From contig OZ024751.1 of the NCBI GenBank assembly GCA_964016885.1, positions 44,020,001 through 44,084,000 on the forward strand: a stretch of DNA of 64,000 nt. Direction: 5' to 3'. The position numbers were made by a program, and so were the translations under genes. The DNA comes from Eledone cirrhosa (taxonomy: Eukaryota). The notes below the pieces were generated by a model. The model made no database searches and was not told where the DNA came from. It worked only from the letters and a program-made list of their open reading frames with translations. This document shows positions 1 to 15,699 of the stretch, piece by piece (position 1 is the stretch's first letter; each line of letters opens with the position of its first letter).

Positions 1-231
1 TGTGTGTGTGTATGTGTGTATGTTTAATGGAGCGTAGACTATGATAGCGGCAGGGTTTAAGAGAAATGGGGGTAATACTGGGAAGGAGGGACGGAGATGG
101 TTGAAAGTGAGGGGGGTGGAGGAAGAAGGAAGAGAGAATGAGTGGAAGAGGAAGAGATGAAGTAACAGTTTTCTTAGAATACAAAATGGCTGATGATTAG
201 GTTAAATCGCCATAACGTCAGCTTCTTAAGT

Positions 232-275
<44 letters not shown>

Positions 276-338
276 ATGTGTGTTATGTATGTATATATTT
301 ATATGGGTAATATATATATATATATGTATATATATATA

Positions 339-721
<383 letters not shown>

Positions 722-1007
722 CGTAACTCCTCATTGAGTCGTGAGGGCACATTAGTGACATACACCGTTTCTTGGCGCCATTGTCGGGATTTTCCCAGTC
801 TCTATACCCCCTCACCATCTCCCCATGTATTGAGTACTCCCACGATTAGTGCTCTCCTCGTTCTCAGCGCCACTGACCCCCCCCCCTTCCCCCTCTCTTT
901 CTAATATATTTATTTATTTATATATATATGTATATGTATGTTTTTCTTGCCGTTATAGTTGACATAGTTGTTATTGTTATTATTGTTGTTGTTGCTATTG
1001 TTTCCAG

Positions 1008-1228
1008 AGAACGAAGATCATGGTAGGTTCCCAGACAGTTCAGCGGGACCTACCTTTGACAGTGACACCTACAGTTTAGCCAAAAAGAAACACCGCCGTA
1101 GCCGTACCACCTTCACCACATTCCAGCTTCACGAATTGGAGAGAGCGTTTGAAAAATCGCACTACCCGGATGTATACAGCCGAGAAGATTTGGCAATGAA
1201 GCTTAACTTGCCGGAGGTTCGTGTGCAG
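1008..1228 (+). CDS. Rx: Retinal homeobox (Rx/Rax) internal exon encoding the homeodomain N-terminal arm to mid helix 3
   Basis: Translates [49 protein letters not shown], matching the Rx homeodomain ([44 protein letters not shown]). Acceptor tttccag ends at 1007; donor CAG|GTAATG at 1229 is the conserved paired-class intron position between Q and VWFQNRR. Confidence 0.93.
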
Positions 1229-1505
1229 GTAATGGTCTTTGCTGTAGTTGTTGTTGTAGTAATAGTAGCAGAAGCAGTAGTAGTAGTAGTGGTAGTTGTT
1301 GTTGTTGGTGGTGGTAGCGCTGTTGTTTTGCTGTTGTTCTTGTTGTTTTTGTTGTTATTGTAGGTAATGGTGGTTGCTATTTCCAGCTGTTTCAGTGACC
1401 ATGTAGAAGCTCTCTCGTTGGTTTAGAGAAGTAGATATCTGGTCGTGCATATGTCAATACCTACCTACCTACCTACCTACAAACCTATCTATCTACCTAT
1501 CTATC

Positions 1506-1875
1506 TTTCTTTAAGTATCACTTTAGAAGGAGAATCAGGGTGGAGAGAGAGGCACTGTACCCCAGTAAATTTACTGAAAGGTGGGTGAATGAAGCGAAAA
1601 TGGCCCGAGTGATTGGGCCTTCTCTGTTTATAAGCCTGTAGGTTAAAGAAGAGAGCAAAAGGAAGAAGGGACCACTTGCACAACACGCTCCTGAAGTTGA
1701 GGGGTGTTCTATCGACGGGGTATTAAACAACCCATTTGTGGCGTTCCCCCCTATTGGGGATTTCGATTGTTATAATTGTTTGTTTCAATATTTTTACACG
1801 ACTGTATGTAAAATCCCCGGCATGTGTCTTTGGATTGTCCCCTTTTCTTGTGCGCCCTTGTGGCAAATAAAGAAA
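1506..1875 (+). mobile_element. Tx1-like LINE 3' fragment, diverged subfamily
   Basis: Encodes FFKYHFRRRIRVEREALYPSKFTERWVNEAKMARVIGPSLFISL*, homologous to the ORF2 C-terminus; 3'UTR ends AATAAAGAAA then (TATC)n; preceded by (TACC/TATC)n. Confidence 0.85.
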
Positions 1876-1903
1876 TCTATCTATCTATCTATCTATCTAT
1901 CTA

Positions 1904-3991
1904 TAGCAAAGAGGTTGGCGCTTGTCGTGGGCAACCTGGTGGGAGATGCGCAGACATGCGCTATCCCGTCCAGGTCCATCCATGACAACCTCCACCTCAT
2001 GCGATACATCATAGAGAGGGTTGGGAACGAACCCGGCTTTGGTGGGGCTCTGATCAACTTGGATCAATCTAAGGCGTTCGATAGGGTCGACCATGGTTAC
2101 CTGGATGCGGTGCTAGCGGCGGCAGGCTTCGGACCCGTTTTCAGGGGCTGGATCACTGCTATGCACAGCAGCCGCATCTGCTCTAGGGTCAAGGTGAACG
2201 GCTACCTCTCGGAGCCGTTCAAAATCGCGCGGTCCATCCGACAAGGGTGCCCTCTCTCCTCCCTTCTGTATGTGTTGACTCTCGAGCCACTACTGCGGAA
2301 GTTGGAGTTGTTGCAGGGCATCCCTTTGGAACCGGGATTGCGGAAAGCGGTGTCGGCCTACGCCGATGACGTGACAGTAATGGTGTCGACGGCCTCCGAA
2401 ATCGAGGCGGTCGGCACCTTACTGGAGGAGTACGAAAAGTTCACAGGGGCTAAGCTGAACCGGGACAAGTCGATCGGTTTGCAACTCGGCACGTGGAGGG
2501 GCAGACCGATGCCCTCCGATAGCGTCGTCGGACGCTGGACGGAGGGCCCGGTGAAGTTGCTCGGGGTCTGGTTCGGACCGGACCTCCAGGTGGAGAAAAA
2601 CTGGGCGGAGGTTACGAACAGGGTGTTTGCACTGACCCAGAAGTGGGCCAGTTGCAAACTATCCCTGAAAGGTCGGGCGGAGGTGGCGAACACCTACATA
2701 GCGTCCGTCATCTACTACCGCCTGACCGTAGTGCCCTGCCCAAGGGAAACCCTCACCAAGATGGAGCGCGCGCTCTTCCAATTCCTTTGGAAGAGGCGGG
2801 CTCCTATGGTGAGGAGATCCATCTGCTGTCAACACCCTTCGAAAGGAGGGCTGGGGATGCCGTGGCTAATGATGCGTAAACACGCATTAAGGCTACGGCA
2901 CCTCTACGGACAACCGGTGTGGGCCTCGTTTGTGAGACGAACCTTTCCCAAACTCGTCTCACTCACCGAGCTGCAATCCTGGGTCAAGCAAAGACCGAGA
3001 AAACTGGGCGCCTGGCACACTGAGTGTGCCCAGGCGCTCACCGCCCTCTGGCAGGCGGATCCGGTTATCAGTGGAGACTCCACCGCAACATTCTATAGAG
3101 GGCTGGTACGCAGCAGGTGCGACGACGCCCTCGGAGAAGCCCTAGACATGGAGGAGGACGAACTGGCCAGCCTGTTCGGTAGGACATTCAGCCCGGGACC
3201 TATGGACAACTTCCAGAAGTCCCTGGCCTGGCAGTGCTACCGAGGGGCTTTACCCGTTCGAGAAAGGCTCTACAGACACGGGCGCCCGGGTAGGGACCCC
3301 GCCAAAAAGATCTGTCCCAGATGCGTGTGCGACGAGGAAACCGTTGCACACGCATTAGTACACTGCTCGGGCGTAGCCGATCTGTGGGGCTATGTCGAAC
3401 AACTGCTGTCAAGGGTGGGACCGATCCGGTTGACCACCGAGTCGATTGTAATGATCAAGCCGCCTCCCCCCTTCAAAGATGAAGCAGAGGCGGTGTTTCT
3501 GTGCGTAATAGCCATGGCGAAAGAGGTTGTATGGTGGACGCGTCTGAAAGGACTGAGGTCGGGCACCTTTCTCTCTGGCCAACAACTGGTCCGTTTCTTC
3601 CGATATCATTTCGGAAGAAGGATCAGGATGGAGAGAGAGGTGCTGCACCCCAGCCGTTTCTATGAAAGATGGGTGAAAGTGGCGAGAATGGCCCGTGTGA
3701 ATGGGCCTTCACTCTACATCAGACTATAGGTGAGGAAGATGAAAGACCAAGGGAGCACCCCTTCTCTGTGCTCCTGAGGAGAAGGGTTGCACACTTTTTT
3801 CGGGGGTGTGTGCGACCCCCCAAGGCGCCTCCTCTCTATTGAGGATTTTGTTAAAAATTTTATTTTTTGTTATATCTTATTTTATTTTTATATTTTGTTA
3901 TTGCCTTCTCCTTATTGAGGACGCCTTTTTGTGTAAACTCCCCCCTTTGTACTTGTCCCACTTTTGATGCCCTAGTGGCAAATAAAAGAAA
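1904..3991 (+). mobile_element. 5'-truncated Tx1-like LINE (RT and C-terminal zinc finger of ORF2 to 3729, plus 3'UTR)
   Basis: LDQSKAFDRV, RQGCPLS, YADD and CPRC..ETVAHALVHC motifs; near-identical to 44544-46643 except a 12-bp in-frame deletion; (TATC)n on both sides. Confidence 0.95.
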
Positions 3992-3993
3992 TA

Positions 3994-4038
<45 letters not shown>

Positions 4039-4060
4039 GTCTGAATGTTTGTCTGTCGGT

Positions 4061-4111
<51 letters not shown>

Positions 4112-5888
4112 TCTGTTTTACATTTATATCTCTCTATCCCTTTAAACAACACCTTTAAAAGACGACACATCGCTCAATATTTATCGTGTAGTGAGGCAGT
4201 GTCCATTCTTCCTTTAGGGGTCTCTCCTACTGCAGAGAGGATCATCCCTCTCAGGAAAGTACTTCTAGCCCAGAGAATTAGCTCGTGTACTTGTTTGCAA
4301 CCATGTGGTTGCATTAAACTGAGCGATGGCTTAGGTCTCTCACATTAGTAAGTAACGGTAGGATTTGAACTCACCACGGTAAGATCTGGAACGACAAAAA
4401 CGGTGACAACAACAACGACAACAACGACGATAACATCAACAACAGCAACAATAACTACATTGATAACAATAAGTACAACATCAACAACGACGACAACAAC
4501 ATTGACAACAATAATTACAACGAAGTAACGACAACAACAACAACAACAACAGTTACGACAACAACAATAACAGCAATAACAACGACCACAACAACTACAG
4601 CAATAAATCGCCAAGAACAACAACTACAACAACAACGACAACAACAACGACAACAACTACAACAATAACAACAACAACGACGACCACAACAACAACAATA
4701 AAACAACAACCTCTTCCCCCTTCCATACCAGAAAAAAAACAAGGAAAGAAAAACTTAAGAAAACCAAATAAAGGGAAGAAGCAACTGACGAACTATTGGA
4801 AATGTTATCTGACACGTGATAAATTGTTGTGAATAGAGTTTATTACTGACTGTAACCGTTATAACGAGAAGGAAACGGATAATGTTGTATTTGTTTAAAT
4901 ATCACATGGCTGACAAACAACATCGATAAAACCGATGTAACAAGCAAAGAAAACAACAATAACAACAACAACTACATACAACAACAAAAAATAGAATAAA
5001 ACAAAATATTACGAAAGAAAAAACAAAACGAAAGACAAACAAATCAAATCAAATATAAAAAATATATATATATATAAAATGAAAGCAAAAAACACCAACA
5101 AGAAAACAAAATAAAAATGAAAAAAATAAAGATAAAAAGAAAACATCGAATAGAAAATACAAGCGAAAGACAAACATACTAGGCTGGCACAATGATTGAA
5201 TAATGAAAGGAGGTCTAATCAGTTAAGCCTCGGCCTTAATTGGGCTTTCTAACCACCAGCGCCACCACTGACCACTAAAGACATGTCGTTTACTAACATC
5301 CCCATCCCACACCATACCTCCTTCTCTCCCCCTCTCCACCATCTTACCTATTGTGGACAGTAATGGCGCTCAATTATGATAGAAAAATGAAAACGAGGAG
5401 CTAAAAACACAACGTACGCCACATTCTTCTTCTTCTTCTTCTTCTTCTTCTTCTTCTTCTTCTTCTTCTTCTTCTTCTTCTTCTTCTTCTTCTTCTTTAA
5501 TCACCCCCCCCCCTAAAACTGTTACCCTTGTGCCTAAATCAGAAACCATTATTATAAATTATTTTAACCAGAGGTAGAAGAACAGTGCTTATAACCTTTT
5601 ACAGTGCCTTCGTAACTGAGGGCAAATAGTGGGGTAGTTATTTCCCAGACTGTACCCTTGCAGCAAAGTTTCAAAAACCCAGTGGTAAAGTCACACATGA
5701 GCCAAAACTCAGTGAACTTCGCTAAAAACGTATATGGGCTAAAACCCAATGGACTCCACTAAAGGTGCATATGGGATTCAGGAACGGCCCCTTTAATGAG
5801 GGTTCTGAGAATTTTGTATCTTCTAAATTTTATTCACAAAGATTTCATCGACTCGATCCTACGACAGAATACACGATCAATGTCCCAC

Positions 5889-6107
5889 AGTGGATTGGCA
5901 GTATCGGTAGAGCGTCGGACAACATGCTTTGTGGCATAGAGTTACGGGCCTTTACGTTCTGAGTTCAAATCTCGCCGAGGTTAGCTTTGCCTTTTATCCT
6001 TTCGGGGTCAAATAAAATAAAGTACCAGTAATACACTGGGGCGGATTTAATCGACTTTCCCCTCTCCCCACAATTGCTGGCCTTGTGCCTAAATCAGAAA
6101 TCATTAT
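5889..6107 (+). mobile_element. tRNA-derived SINE with Deu/Nin-like core
   Basis: A-box-like TGGCAGTATCGG, B-box GAGTTCAAATC, core GCCTTTTATCCTTTCGGGGTC..ATAAAATAAAGTACCAG; many copies in this window. Confidence 0.8.
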
Positions 6108-6169
6108 TTTTGTTTGTTGCATTACTCTTATTAGTTTCCATTGTTCTTGCTATTGTTGTTCCATTGTTG

Positions 6170-7226
6170 TTGTTGTGGTGGTGGTGGTGATGGTGTCTTT
6201 AGTGATGGTGGTGTTGATAGTATTGGAGTGTTGGTGGTGTCATTAGTGATGGTGGTGTTGGTGATGTTGGTGATGATGGTGGTGTTGGTGGCAATGGTGA
6301 TGTTGGTGATGATGGTGGTGTTGGTGGCAATGGTGATGTTGGTGATGACGGTGGTGTTGGCGTTATTTGTGGCGTCAGTAGAATTAGTGGTGATAATGGT
6401 GGTGGTAGTGATGTGGTGGTACTAATGGTATTGGTGGTGGTAGGTATGGGTGGTGTTGGTAGTGATGGAGGTTGTGGTGGTGGTGGTGGTGGTGGTGGTT
6501 ATGTTGCTGGTATTAATGGTATTGGTGTTGGTGGTAGTGATGGAGGTTATGGAGAAGGTGATGGTGGTGGTGATGGTGGTGGTGATAGTGGTGATGGTGA
6601 TGGTGGAGGTGGTGGTGGTGGTGTTGGTGGTAGTGATGGAGGTTATGGTGGTATTGATGTGGTGGTACTAATGGTATTGGTGGTGATAGTTATGGGTGGT
6701 GTTGGTAGTGATGGAGGTTATGGTGGTGGTGATAGTGGTGATGGTATTGGTGGTATTGATGTGGTGGTACTAATGGTGGAGGTGGTGGTAGTTATGGTGG
6801 TGGTGATGATGGTGGTGATAGTGGTGATGGTGGAGGTGGTGGTGGTGTTGGTGGTGGTGGTGGTGGTGAAGGTGGTGGTGGTAGTGATAGTGGTGGTGGT
6901 GATAGTGAAGGTAGTGGTGGTGGTGGTGGAGGTGGTGGTGGTGGAGGTGGAGGTGGTGGAGGTGGTGGAGGTGGTGATGGTAGTGATAGTGGTGGTGGTG
7001 ATAGTGAAGGTTATGGTGGTGGTTGTGGAGGTGGTGGTGGAGGTGGTGGTGGTTGTGGTGGAGGTGGTGGAGGTGGTGAAGGTGGTGGTGGTGGTGGAGG
7101 TGGTGATGATAGTGATAGTGGTGGTGGTGATAGTGGTGGTGGAGGTGGTGGTGGTGGTGGAGGTGGTGGAGGTGGTGGTGGTGGTGGTAGTGATAGTAGT
7201 GGTGGTATTGATGGTATTGGTAGTAG
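6170..7226. repeat. Degenerate (GGT/GAT)n trinucleotide field
   Basis: Low-complexity sequence seen directly; a similar field lies at 9470-10105. Confidence 0.9.
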
Positions 7227-7356
7227 TCTATTGTTATCTACCATCGTTGTCCAATTCTCACTCTCCAATTAGGTTTGTATTCTTGTGATAATTTCCAGGC
7301 CAGGATTGTCACTAATCACCCCCCCCCCCAGACTCATACACACACTCTCATATATA

Positions 7357-7438
<82 letters not shown>

Positions 7439-8740
7439 ACACACGCATTTATATACATACATGCATAATGCATACATACATAATACATGCATACATAATT
7501 CATACATATATACATACATAAATAAATATATATTACATACGTACACACTGCATACATACATAAATAATATAAACATACTTACATACGTATAATGATACAA
7601 ACATACATACATAGATAGTATAATAATACGTATATACATACATAAAACTAGAAGATCATACATACATATATATATACATACATATATACAACTAGAAGAT
7701 CAGACATATATATATATATACATACATATATATATATATACCTACAAACATACATACAAGCATACATACATACAAACATACATACATACATAGATACATA
7801 CAAGCATACATACATACAAACATACATACATACATACATACAAACATACATATACATACACACATACCTACATACATAGATACAAACATACATACATATA
7901 CATACATACAATACCCAGGCCGTCTCCAGTCTCCCGTCGTCCCTCATTCCTATCGTCTGCTCAGACAAATTTCTCTGGCTACAGTCATTAGAAATTAAAG
8001 CAATATTCATGGCAGAATTAATAAATTTAATTATACTAAATGAATAAGCAATCAAGATGAGGGTTAAGACATGAATTTTGCTACGGTAGTAACGGGTGAG
8101 AGCAGAATATTTACTGCGGTTCTGGTGAGGACGCTGGGTCTATGGTTAGATTTAGTGAACCTTGTGTGTGTGTGTACGTGTGTAGGTAGTGATGGTGGTG
8201 ATGGTATGGTGATGGTATGGTGATGATGGTGGTGTAAGTAGTGGTGGTGATAGTGGTGGTGGTGCTGGTGCTGGTGGTGGTAGTGGTGGTGATGGTGGTA
8301 TGGTGATGTTGGTGGTGGTGGTGATGGTGATGGTCTCGGTGGTGGTGGTGGCGGTAGATGGGAGGGTAGTGGATGGAGGATGCGATGGGGGTTAAAGAAT
8401 GCACACACGCCATGGTCCGATGACTTTACTCAAAAGTTACAAATTGTTCGCCATGGTCCGATGACTTTACTCAAAAGTTACAAATTGTTAATAAATAGCT
8501 GGATAGATAGATAAAGAGACAAACAAACAAAAAAACAAAACTAACAAAACAAACAAACAAATAAATAAATAATAAATAGAAAAATAAGGAAATATAATGG
8601 AATAATTCAGGCAGAATCCCCCCACCCCCGGGTCTTGGCTCTCCACCTCACCTTGGCTCCTGGCTCCTTACCCGCCCTGGGCCGTCACTGGAAAATAAGG
8701 TAAATATGTACATACTTATAGTTATATATTATTTGCATTC

Positions 8741-8771
<31 letters not shown>

Positions 8772-11700
8772 TGTATGTATGTATGTATGTATGTATGTAT
8801 GTATGTATGTTTGTATGTATGTATGTATGTGTATATGTATGTATGTATGTATGTATGTATGAATGTGTGTATGTATGTTTGTATGTATGTATGTATGTAT
8901 GTATGAATGTGTGTATGTATGTTTGTATGTATGTATGTATGTATGTATGTATGTATGTATGTATGTATGTATGTATGTATGTATGTATGCATGTATGTGA
9001 GTGTGTATGTGTATATATATATATATGTATATATATATGATTTGCGTATTGTTAATTGTATGAAAAACACAATACATATATATATACACACACACATCCA
9101 CACTCACATGCATACACACGCTTACATACACAATTACACATATTTACAAATATTTCCCGCCTCTCTCAATCTCTCTATATATATGTACACACACACACAC
9201 ACACACATATACATACATATATACGTATTATATACACACATATACACACATACATATACACATACGCATACATATGCACACACAAACTATTAATTATCAA
9301 CACATTGTCTAGCGATCGATGGTGATTTCCATCCCCACCCTCACCCTTACCAGCGATCCCACCCCACCCCACCCCACCCGTGCTGTGTACCCTCCCCCCA
9401 TCACGCCACCCCCCACTCTCTTGTCTTATAACCAACATGTAGTCAAACGGTGATTATATAGAGCGAACTAATGGTAATGCTGGAGATGGTGGTGATGGTG
9501 GCGATGGTGGTGATGTTGGTGGTGGTGGTGGTGAATTTGGTGATGGTGGAGACGGTGGTGATGGTGGTGGTGGGAATGGTGGAGATGGTGGTGATGGTGG
9601 CGATGGTGGAGATGGTGGTGATGCTGGTGATGGTGGGAATGGTGGTGGTGATGTTGGTGATGGTGGATATGGTGGTGGTGATGTTGGTGATGGTGGATAT
9701 GGTGGTGATGGTGGTGGTGGTGGTGATGGTGATGGTGGTGATGGTGGCGATGGTGGTGATGGTGGTGGTGGTGATGGTGGCGATGGTGGTGATGGTGGTG
9801 ATGGTTGTGATGGTGTGGATGGTGGTGGAAATGGTGGTGGTGGTGGTGATGTTGGTGATGGTGGAGATGGTGGTGATGGTGGTGATGATGGTGGTGATGG
9901 TGGTGATGGTGGTGATGTTGGTGGTGGTGGTGGTGATGTTGGTGATGGTGGAGATGGTGGTGATGGTGGTGGTGATGGTGGTGATGGTTGTGATGGTTGT
10001 GATGGTGGTGGGAATGTTGGTGATGGTGGAGATGGTGGTGATGGTGGTGGTAGTGATGGTGGCGATGGTGGTGATAGTGGTGATGGTGGCGATGGTGGTG
10101 ATGGGGTCTGTCAGAGACATTGAGTCTGTATGTGTGATCGTGTGTACATGTGAATTTTAGTGTGTGTGTCTGAATATGTGTGTCTCTATATGTGTGTGTG
10201 TGTGTGTTCGTGCGTATTTGTACGCATATGTATGTTTCACTGTGTGTATGAGCGTTTGTGTTTGTGCCTATTTGTGTCTATATGTGCGTGCGTTTTTGTG
10301 TGTGTATATGTGTGTATATGTGCATGCGTGTATTTATATGTATATGTGTGTTTTAGTGTGTGTATATGTGGGTGCACGTGTGTGTTTGTGTGTATGTATA
10401 TATGTGTGGTGTAGATTGTACACTGTATCATCAAACATGGCGGTAAATGATGTAAATTACCAAGTAAATAATGTCGGACATATCCGTTATTGAACGTACG
10501 CTGTAGCAATCAATGTGTTCACTACCGCCATGTTGCTTTCTACTTTCACTTTCGTCGAATATCTCGTTTAAATTCATTCTTCTCCTCTCTCTCTCCCTCC
10601 CTTACACTCTCTCTTTCCCACTCTCTCTTTCGCTCCCCTTCTCTCACCCCCTCTCTTTCATTCATTCTCTCGCCATCTTCCTTTCTTCCTCGACTTCACT
10701 ATATTGAAGTTTAAACTGTTCATTTGTTCTCCTTCCCTGACTTTATTTAGAATAACATGCTTTTCTTCTCTTAATTATTTTTCTTTATGGTTAATATATC
10801 GAATAAAATGTAAATCTTCTTTCTACCAACCAACCAACTAGTCTGATATGAACATTAACCCCTTCAAATACATTTATTAAAAATTTGGCTAGTTACCAAC
10901 TGACAATGTTTGGTCTGTAGATGTAGTATGGCCGAATGGTTAAGAAGACCATTTAGCAATCATTAAACCTCGGATTTATTTACGTTTATGATTGGTAGAT
11001 TTAGTGAAATTTAAACCTTCTTTCAACCATGCAGTTGCTCTGACATTAACCACAAGTCCTCCAAATACATTTAATAAAAGTTTGGTTCATTTGGTCTATA
11101 CAAGCAGCATTGGTGAATGGTAGTTCGAAGTAGCTCGATTCATAATTATTAGGCCTCAGGTTCGATCATAAGAAACGTTGAAATTAATTCATGCAAGATT
11201 TCATAGCGCTAGCAAGCATCATTCCTTCATAGTCAGCTTTTGAATTTTTCAACCGACCCTCGTATATCATTTATTTCTTGGTGTCAACATTTTCGTCGCA
11301 CTGTTTGACAAGAACAACATCATTTGAAGCCAATAAAAAGTGTCTGATCACTAAATTTAAAGTCAGTTTCAGTGAAACTGTGTCAGTGACCAGGCCGCAG
11401 AGAGTGCGACGAAAAATTTGTCACCAAGAAATATATGATAAATATAAAGGTAAAGTCATCAGATTTTGTGTGTTTTCAAATTGCTAAAATGACTCTTCCA
11501 TGCAGTAATTATTTTAATTTCAATACGCGTTCTTAGATCAAGTCACTTACCAGACAAATACAATTCCGAAATCATTTAATAGTTTGCTTTAAATTTTTTA
11601 CCAGCAAAATAAATAGCTTCGTTATATGTTTTAAAATAGTAGTCAATCAAACGGATGCTTTAGTTAAAATGTTCTTTCTTTATTTTCAGCCAGTCAATTG

Positions 11701-12370
11701 ATGTCTTTGTTATCTAATTTATTATTTTATTTCGGTTTAAAAACCAAAAATAAAAAAGACCCCCCCCCCACACACCAAAAAAACAAAGAATAATCAAAAT
11801 AAAAAAAACAACAAGCTCACATCCAATCAAATGAATCCATTACTTAATCGCCGTCAAATTACACACAATCCAATGAATGTTACAGCTAATAGTCTTCAAA
11901 TTATAGCGAATGAAATTCACAAATAGCAGTTATTTGAAAATTATTGTAAATCTAATCAACCGTTCAACGAATAGATAAAAAAAAATGTATATCGCCATTC
12001 AAATAAATTGTTCATTTAAGAGATTTAAAATGAAGAAATCAATAACGAATTACACGAAGCATTAATTTATCAATTTAAAATGTATATATCCCATCGAAGA
12101 AGAAGAAGAAGAAGAAGAAGAAGAAGAAGAAGAAGAAGAAGAAGAAGAAGAAGAAGAAGAAGAAGAAGAAGAAGAAGAAGAAGAAGAAGAAGAAGAAGAA
12201 GAAGAAGAAGAAGAAGAACAATTATAAACATGTAGTTAGCATTTGAAAAACCAACAAAAAAAAAACAATAAGAAAAATAACAAAGATAGAAACAAACAAA
12301 CAAAAAACATATCAGATGAGCAATATGGCTGAAGAAAACAACTTCTAGAGTTTAACATATAAAATCAAAA

Positions 12371-12417
<47 letters not shown>

Positions 12418-12430
12418 ATATATACATACA

Positions 12431-12464
<34 letters not shown>

Positions 12465-13073
12465 TGGTGGCTGCCAACTCGTTTTCGAGTACGGCCACTA
12501 CTTTATATCCATGTAGGAGAACCCCTACCGATGCGCTGAACGAATGTGACTTTTTAGTCCAGCCAGCGACTTGAAAACTCTGGTACAAAGACTACACTTG
12601 TGACCATTATTGACACATAGTGCAGGGCCCATGGTACCATGTGATGACAAGTGCAGAGAGATCTCCAGATATAAAGCAATGCCTGTGCTGTGAAGCTTTT
12701 ATAGTGAGCAAAGGCACTGCACAAAGCCAGTCCCACTCTCTTAACCAAGATGATATTTACCAAAAAGAAGAACAAGTCAACATCATTGGATACCATCAGG
12801 GTTGCAGGTGTTATATCAGAGTTTTCCTTCTCCTAGAATTCTGCCTTGACAAAGGCTAAGGGGTCATCTCTCCCGGTGATTTTGGATGGCTATTGAGTCT
12901 TAAGAGCTCCTTTGCCCTTTGACAGGTTTTGTTTTTAGTCCTGCAGGATGTCCAAAGTCACCCTCCTCACCAAGAAACCTTGGTGGGGTTGCCAGTTTAG
13001 TCGCCAACGACCCGACCATGAGACAGGTTGTACTGGAATACATGTTACCAGTAGCACCAACTGGTGACCTGAC
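12465..13073 (-). mobile_element. ~610-bp non-coding RTE-like non-autonomous retroelement, copy 1
   Basis: Four copies in the window; motifs GGCGACTAAACTGGCAACCCC and CTAGGAGAAGGAAAACTCTGA resemble RTE 5'UTRs (from recall); ends GCAGCCACCA then (TA/TATG)n. Confidence 0.65.
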
Positions 13074-13095
13074 ATATATATATATACATATATAT

Positions 13096-13847
<752 letters not shown>

Positions 13848-13901
13848 ATATATATATATACATATATATATACATACATATATATACATATACATATATA
13901 T

Positions 13902-13991
<90 letters not shown>

Positions 13992-14019
13992 ATATATAAA
14001 TACACACATATATATATGT

Positions 14020-14193
14020 GTCGGGCCCCGTTAGCTGAACTCTTGTGGTTTCGACAGCTAGTTCTAGACCCTGGAGCTAGCTGTCGAAACGGCAAGAGCT
14101 CAGCCAACGGGCCCCGACTCTTTCTAATATAGTCTTATTCTACTATTCCAAGTAGCGAGTACTCTGTTGACTAATAGTCTAACTAGTTTAATC

Positions 14194-14196
<3 letters not shown>
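14020..14196 (+). mobile_element. (TA)n-embedded fold-back element, family A variant
   Basis: Imperfect hairpin 14020-14118 with GTCGAAACGGCAAGAGCTCAGC shared with family A; (TA)n flanks. Confidence 0.6.
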
Positions 14197-14242
<46 letters not shown>

Positions 14243-14511
14243 AGGAGACATTCACACGATATAGACAATGCTGCTTAAAGGGAATCTGGCTCTGTAAAAT
14301 ATTCATCTGTTGAATGCAATGGATATGTTTCGGTCTTATTAGTCCTTCTTAGCTACTATACTTTGTTCTGAGCCAAAAGATTGAGTGAGCTCAAATCCCG
14401 TCGAGGTTAGCTTTGCCTCTCGTCCTTACGGGGTCGATAAAATAAAGTACCAGTAATACACTGGGATTACTTTAATCAACTCTCCCGTCCTTAAGGCCTT
14501 GTGTCAGAAAC

Positions 14512-14575
<64 letters not shown>

Positions 14576-14643
14576 TTATCGAAACATATATTTGTGTACA
14601 TACATACACTTATATATATATATATAAGTATATGTATATATAT

Positions 14644-14725
<82 letters not shown>

Positions 14726-14784
14726 CAAGGCTCTGATACCATCAACACTATAAACACATAGCTGGCATATCTAAGAACTGACTA

Positions 14785-14840
14785 ACTGCCTGATGAGGTC
14801 ATAGCCATTCAATGGCTATCATCGAAATATATATAGCAGT
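14785..14840 (+). ncRNA. Minimal type I hammerhead ribozyme in a (TA)n-flanked 160-bp element (14721-14885)
   Basis: ACTGC-CTGATGA-GGT(C)ATAGCCA/TTCAA/TGGCTAT(C)ATC-GAAA-TATATA-TA-GCAGT: helix I, full core, helix II and palindromic helix III; AATAAA follows. Confidence 0.85.
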
Positions 14841-14881
14841 AAATAAAGGATTATGAGTTCATGCAATTGACTTATGTTTCG

Positions 14882-14952
<71 letters not shown>

Positions 14953-15385
14953 ATGCGTATATATCTATCATACATACATATACATATACACATATACACG
15001 TATACAGCTTTCCAAATAAAATACGAGTATATTAGTCCGCCATATTTTAATAATTATCGAGTTTTCAATTTGGGCAATAATCAACGTACTAATTCGTTCT
15101 ATACAGGATTGCTAATACAACCAATGAAATGTTATTAAGCATTTTAAAACCATAGCCAACCAAATCAAGTATTTTATCAACGGGCTAAATTAAAAACAAA
15201 AAAGTAAAAAAAAGGAAAAATAGATCAATAACGATAAAAATAAACAAAATATTTTGCATTGAATCAATTATATAAATTGTCTTCCTAAATAGTTTTTAAA
15301 TTTTAACCAATGGAACGTGGCATTCGCTTATCTGTTTTCATAAGTGTAGCCAATCACATGCTTAAATAGAAACAATTATTATTAA

Positions 15386-15475
<90 letters not shown>

Positions 15476-15614
15476 CGAAGCTGCTGTTGGTGTTGTTGTT
15501 GATGCTGCTGCTGCTGCTGCTGTACTGTTGCTGGTGTTGTTGATGATGATGATGATACTGTAGCTGCTGTATGTATGTATGTATGTATGTATGTATATAT
15601 ATATATATATATAA

Positions 15615-15699
<85 letters not shown>

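Noticed and set aside
1229-1363. Val-rich C-terminus of the homeobox ORF
   Set aside because: Intronic read-through past the conserved donor.
1738-1903. N-terminal extension of the 663-aa ORF
   Set aside because: It is the 3'UTR of the upstream LINE plus TATC repeats, in frame by chance; the same applies to the 43142 ORF.
2900-2915. 12-bp in-frame deletion (VFLT) as a functional variant
   Set aside because: Private to one 5'-truncated dead copy and bounded by 2-bp microhomology.
8408-8489. 41-bp tandem duplication containing CCGATGA
   Set aside because: No GAAA or helix I; ordinary local duplication.
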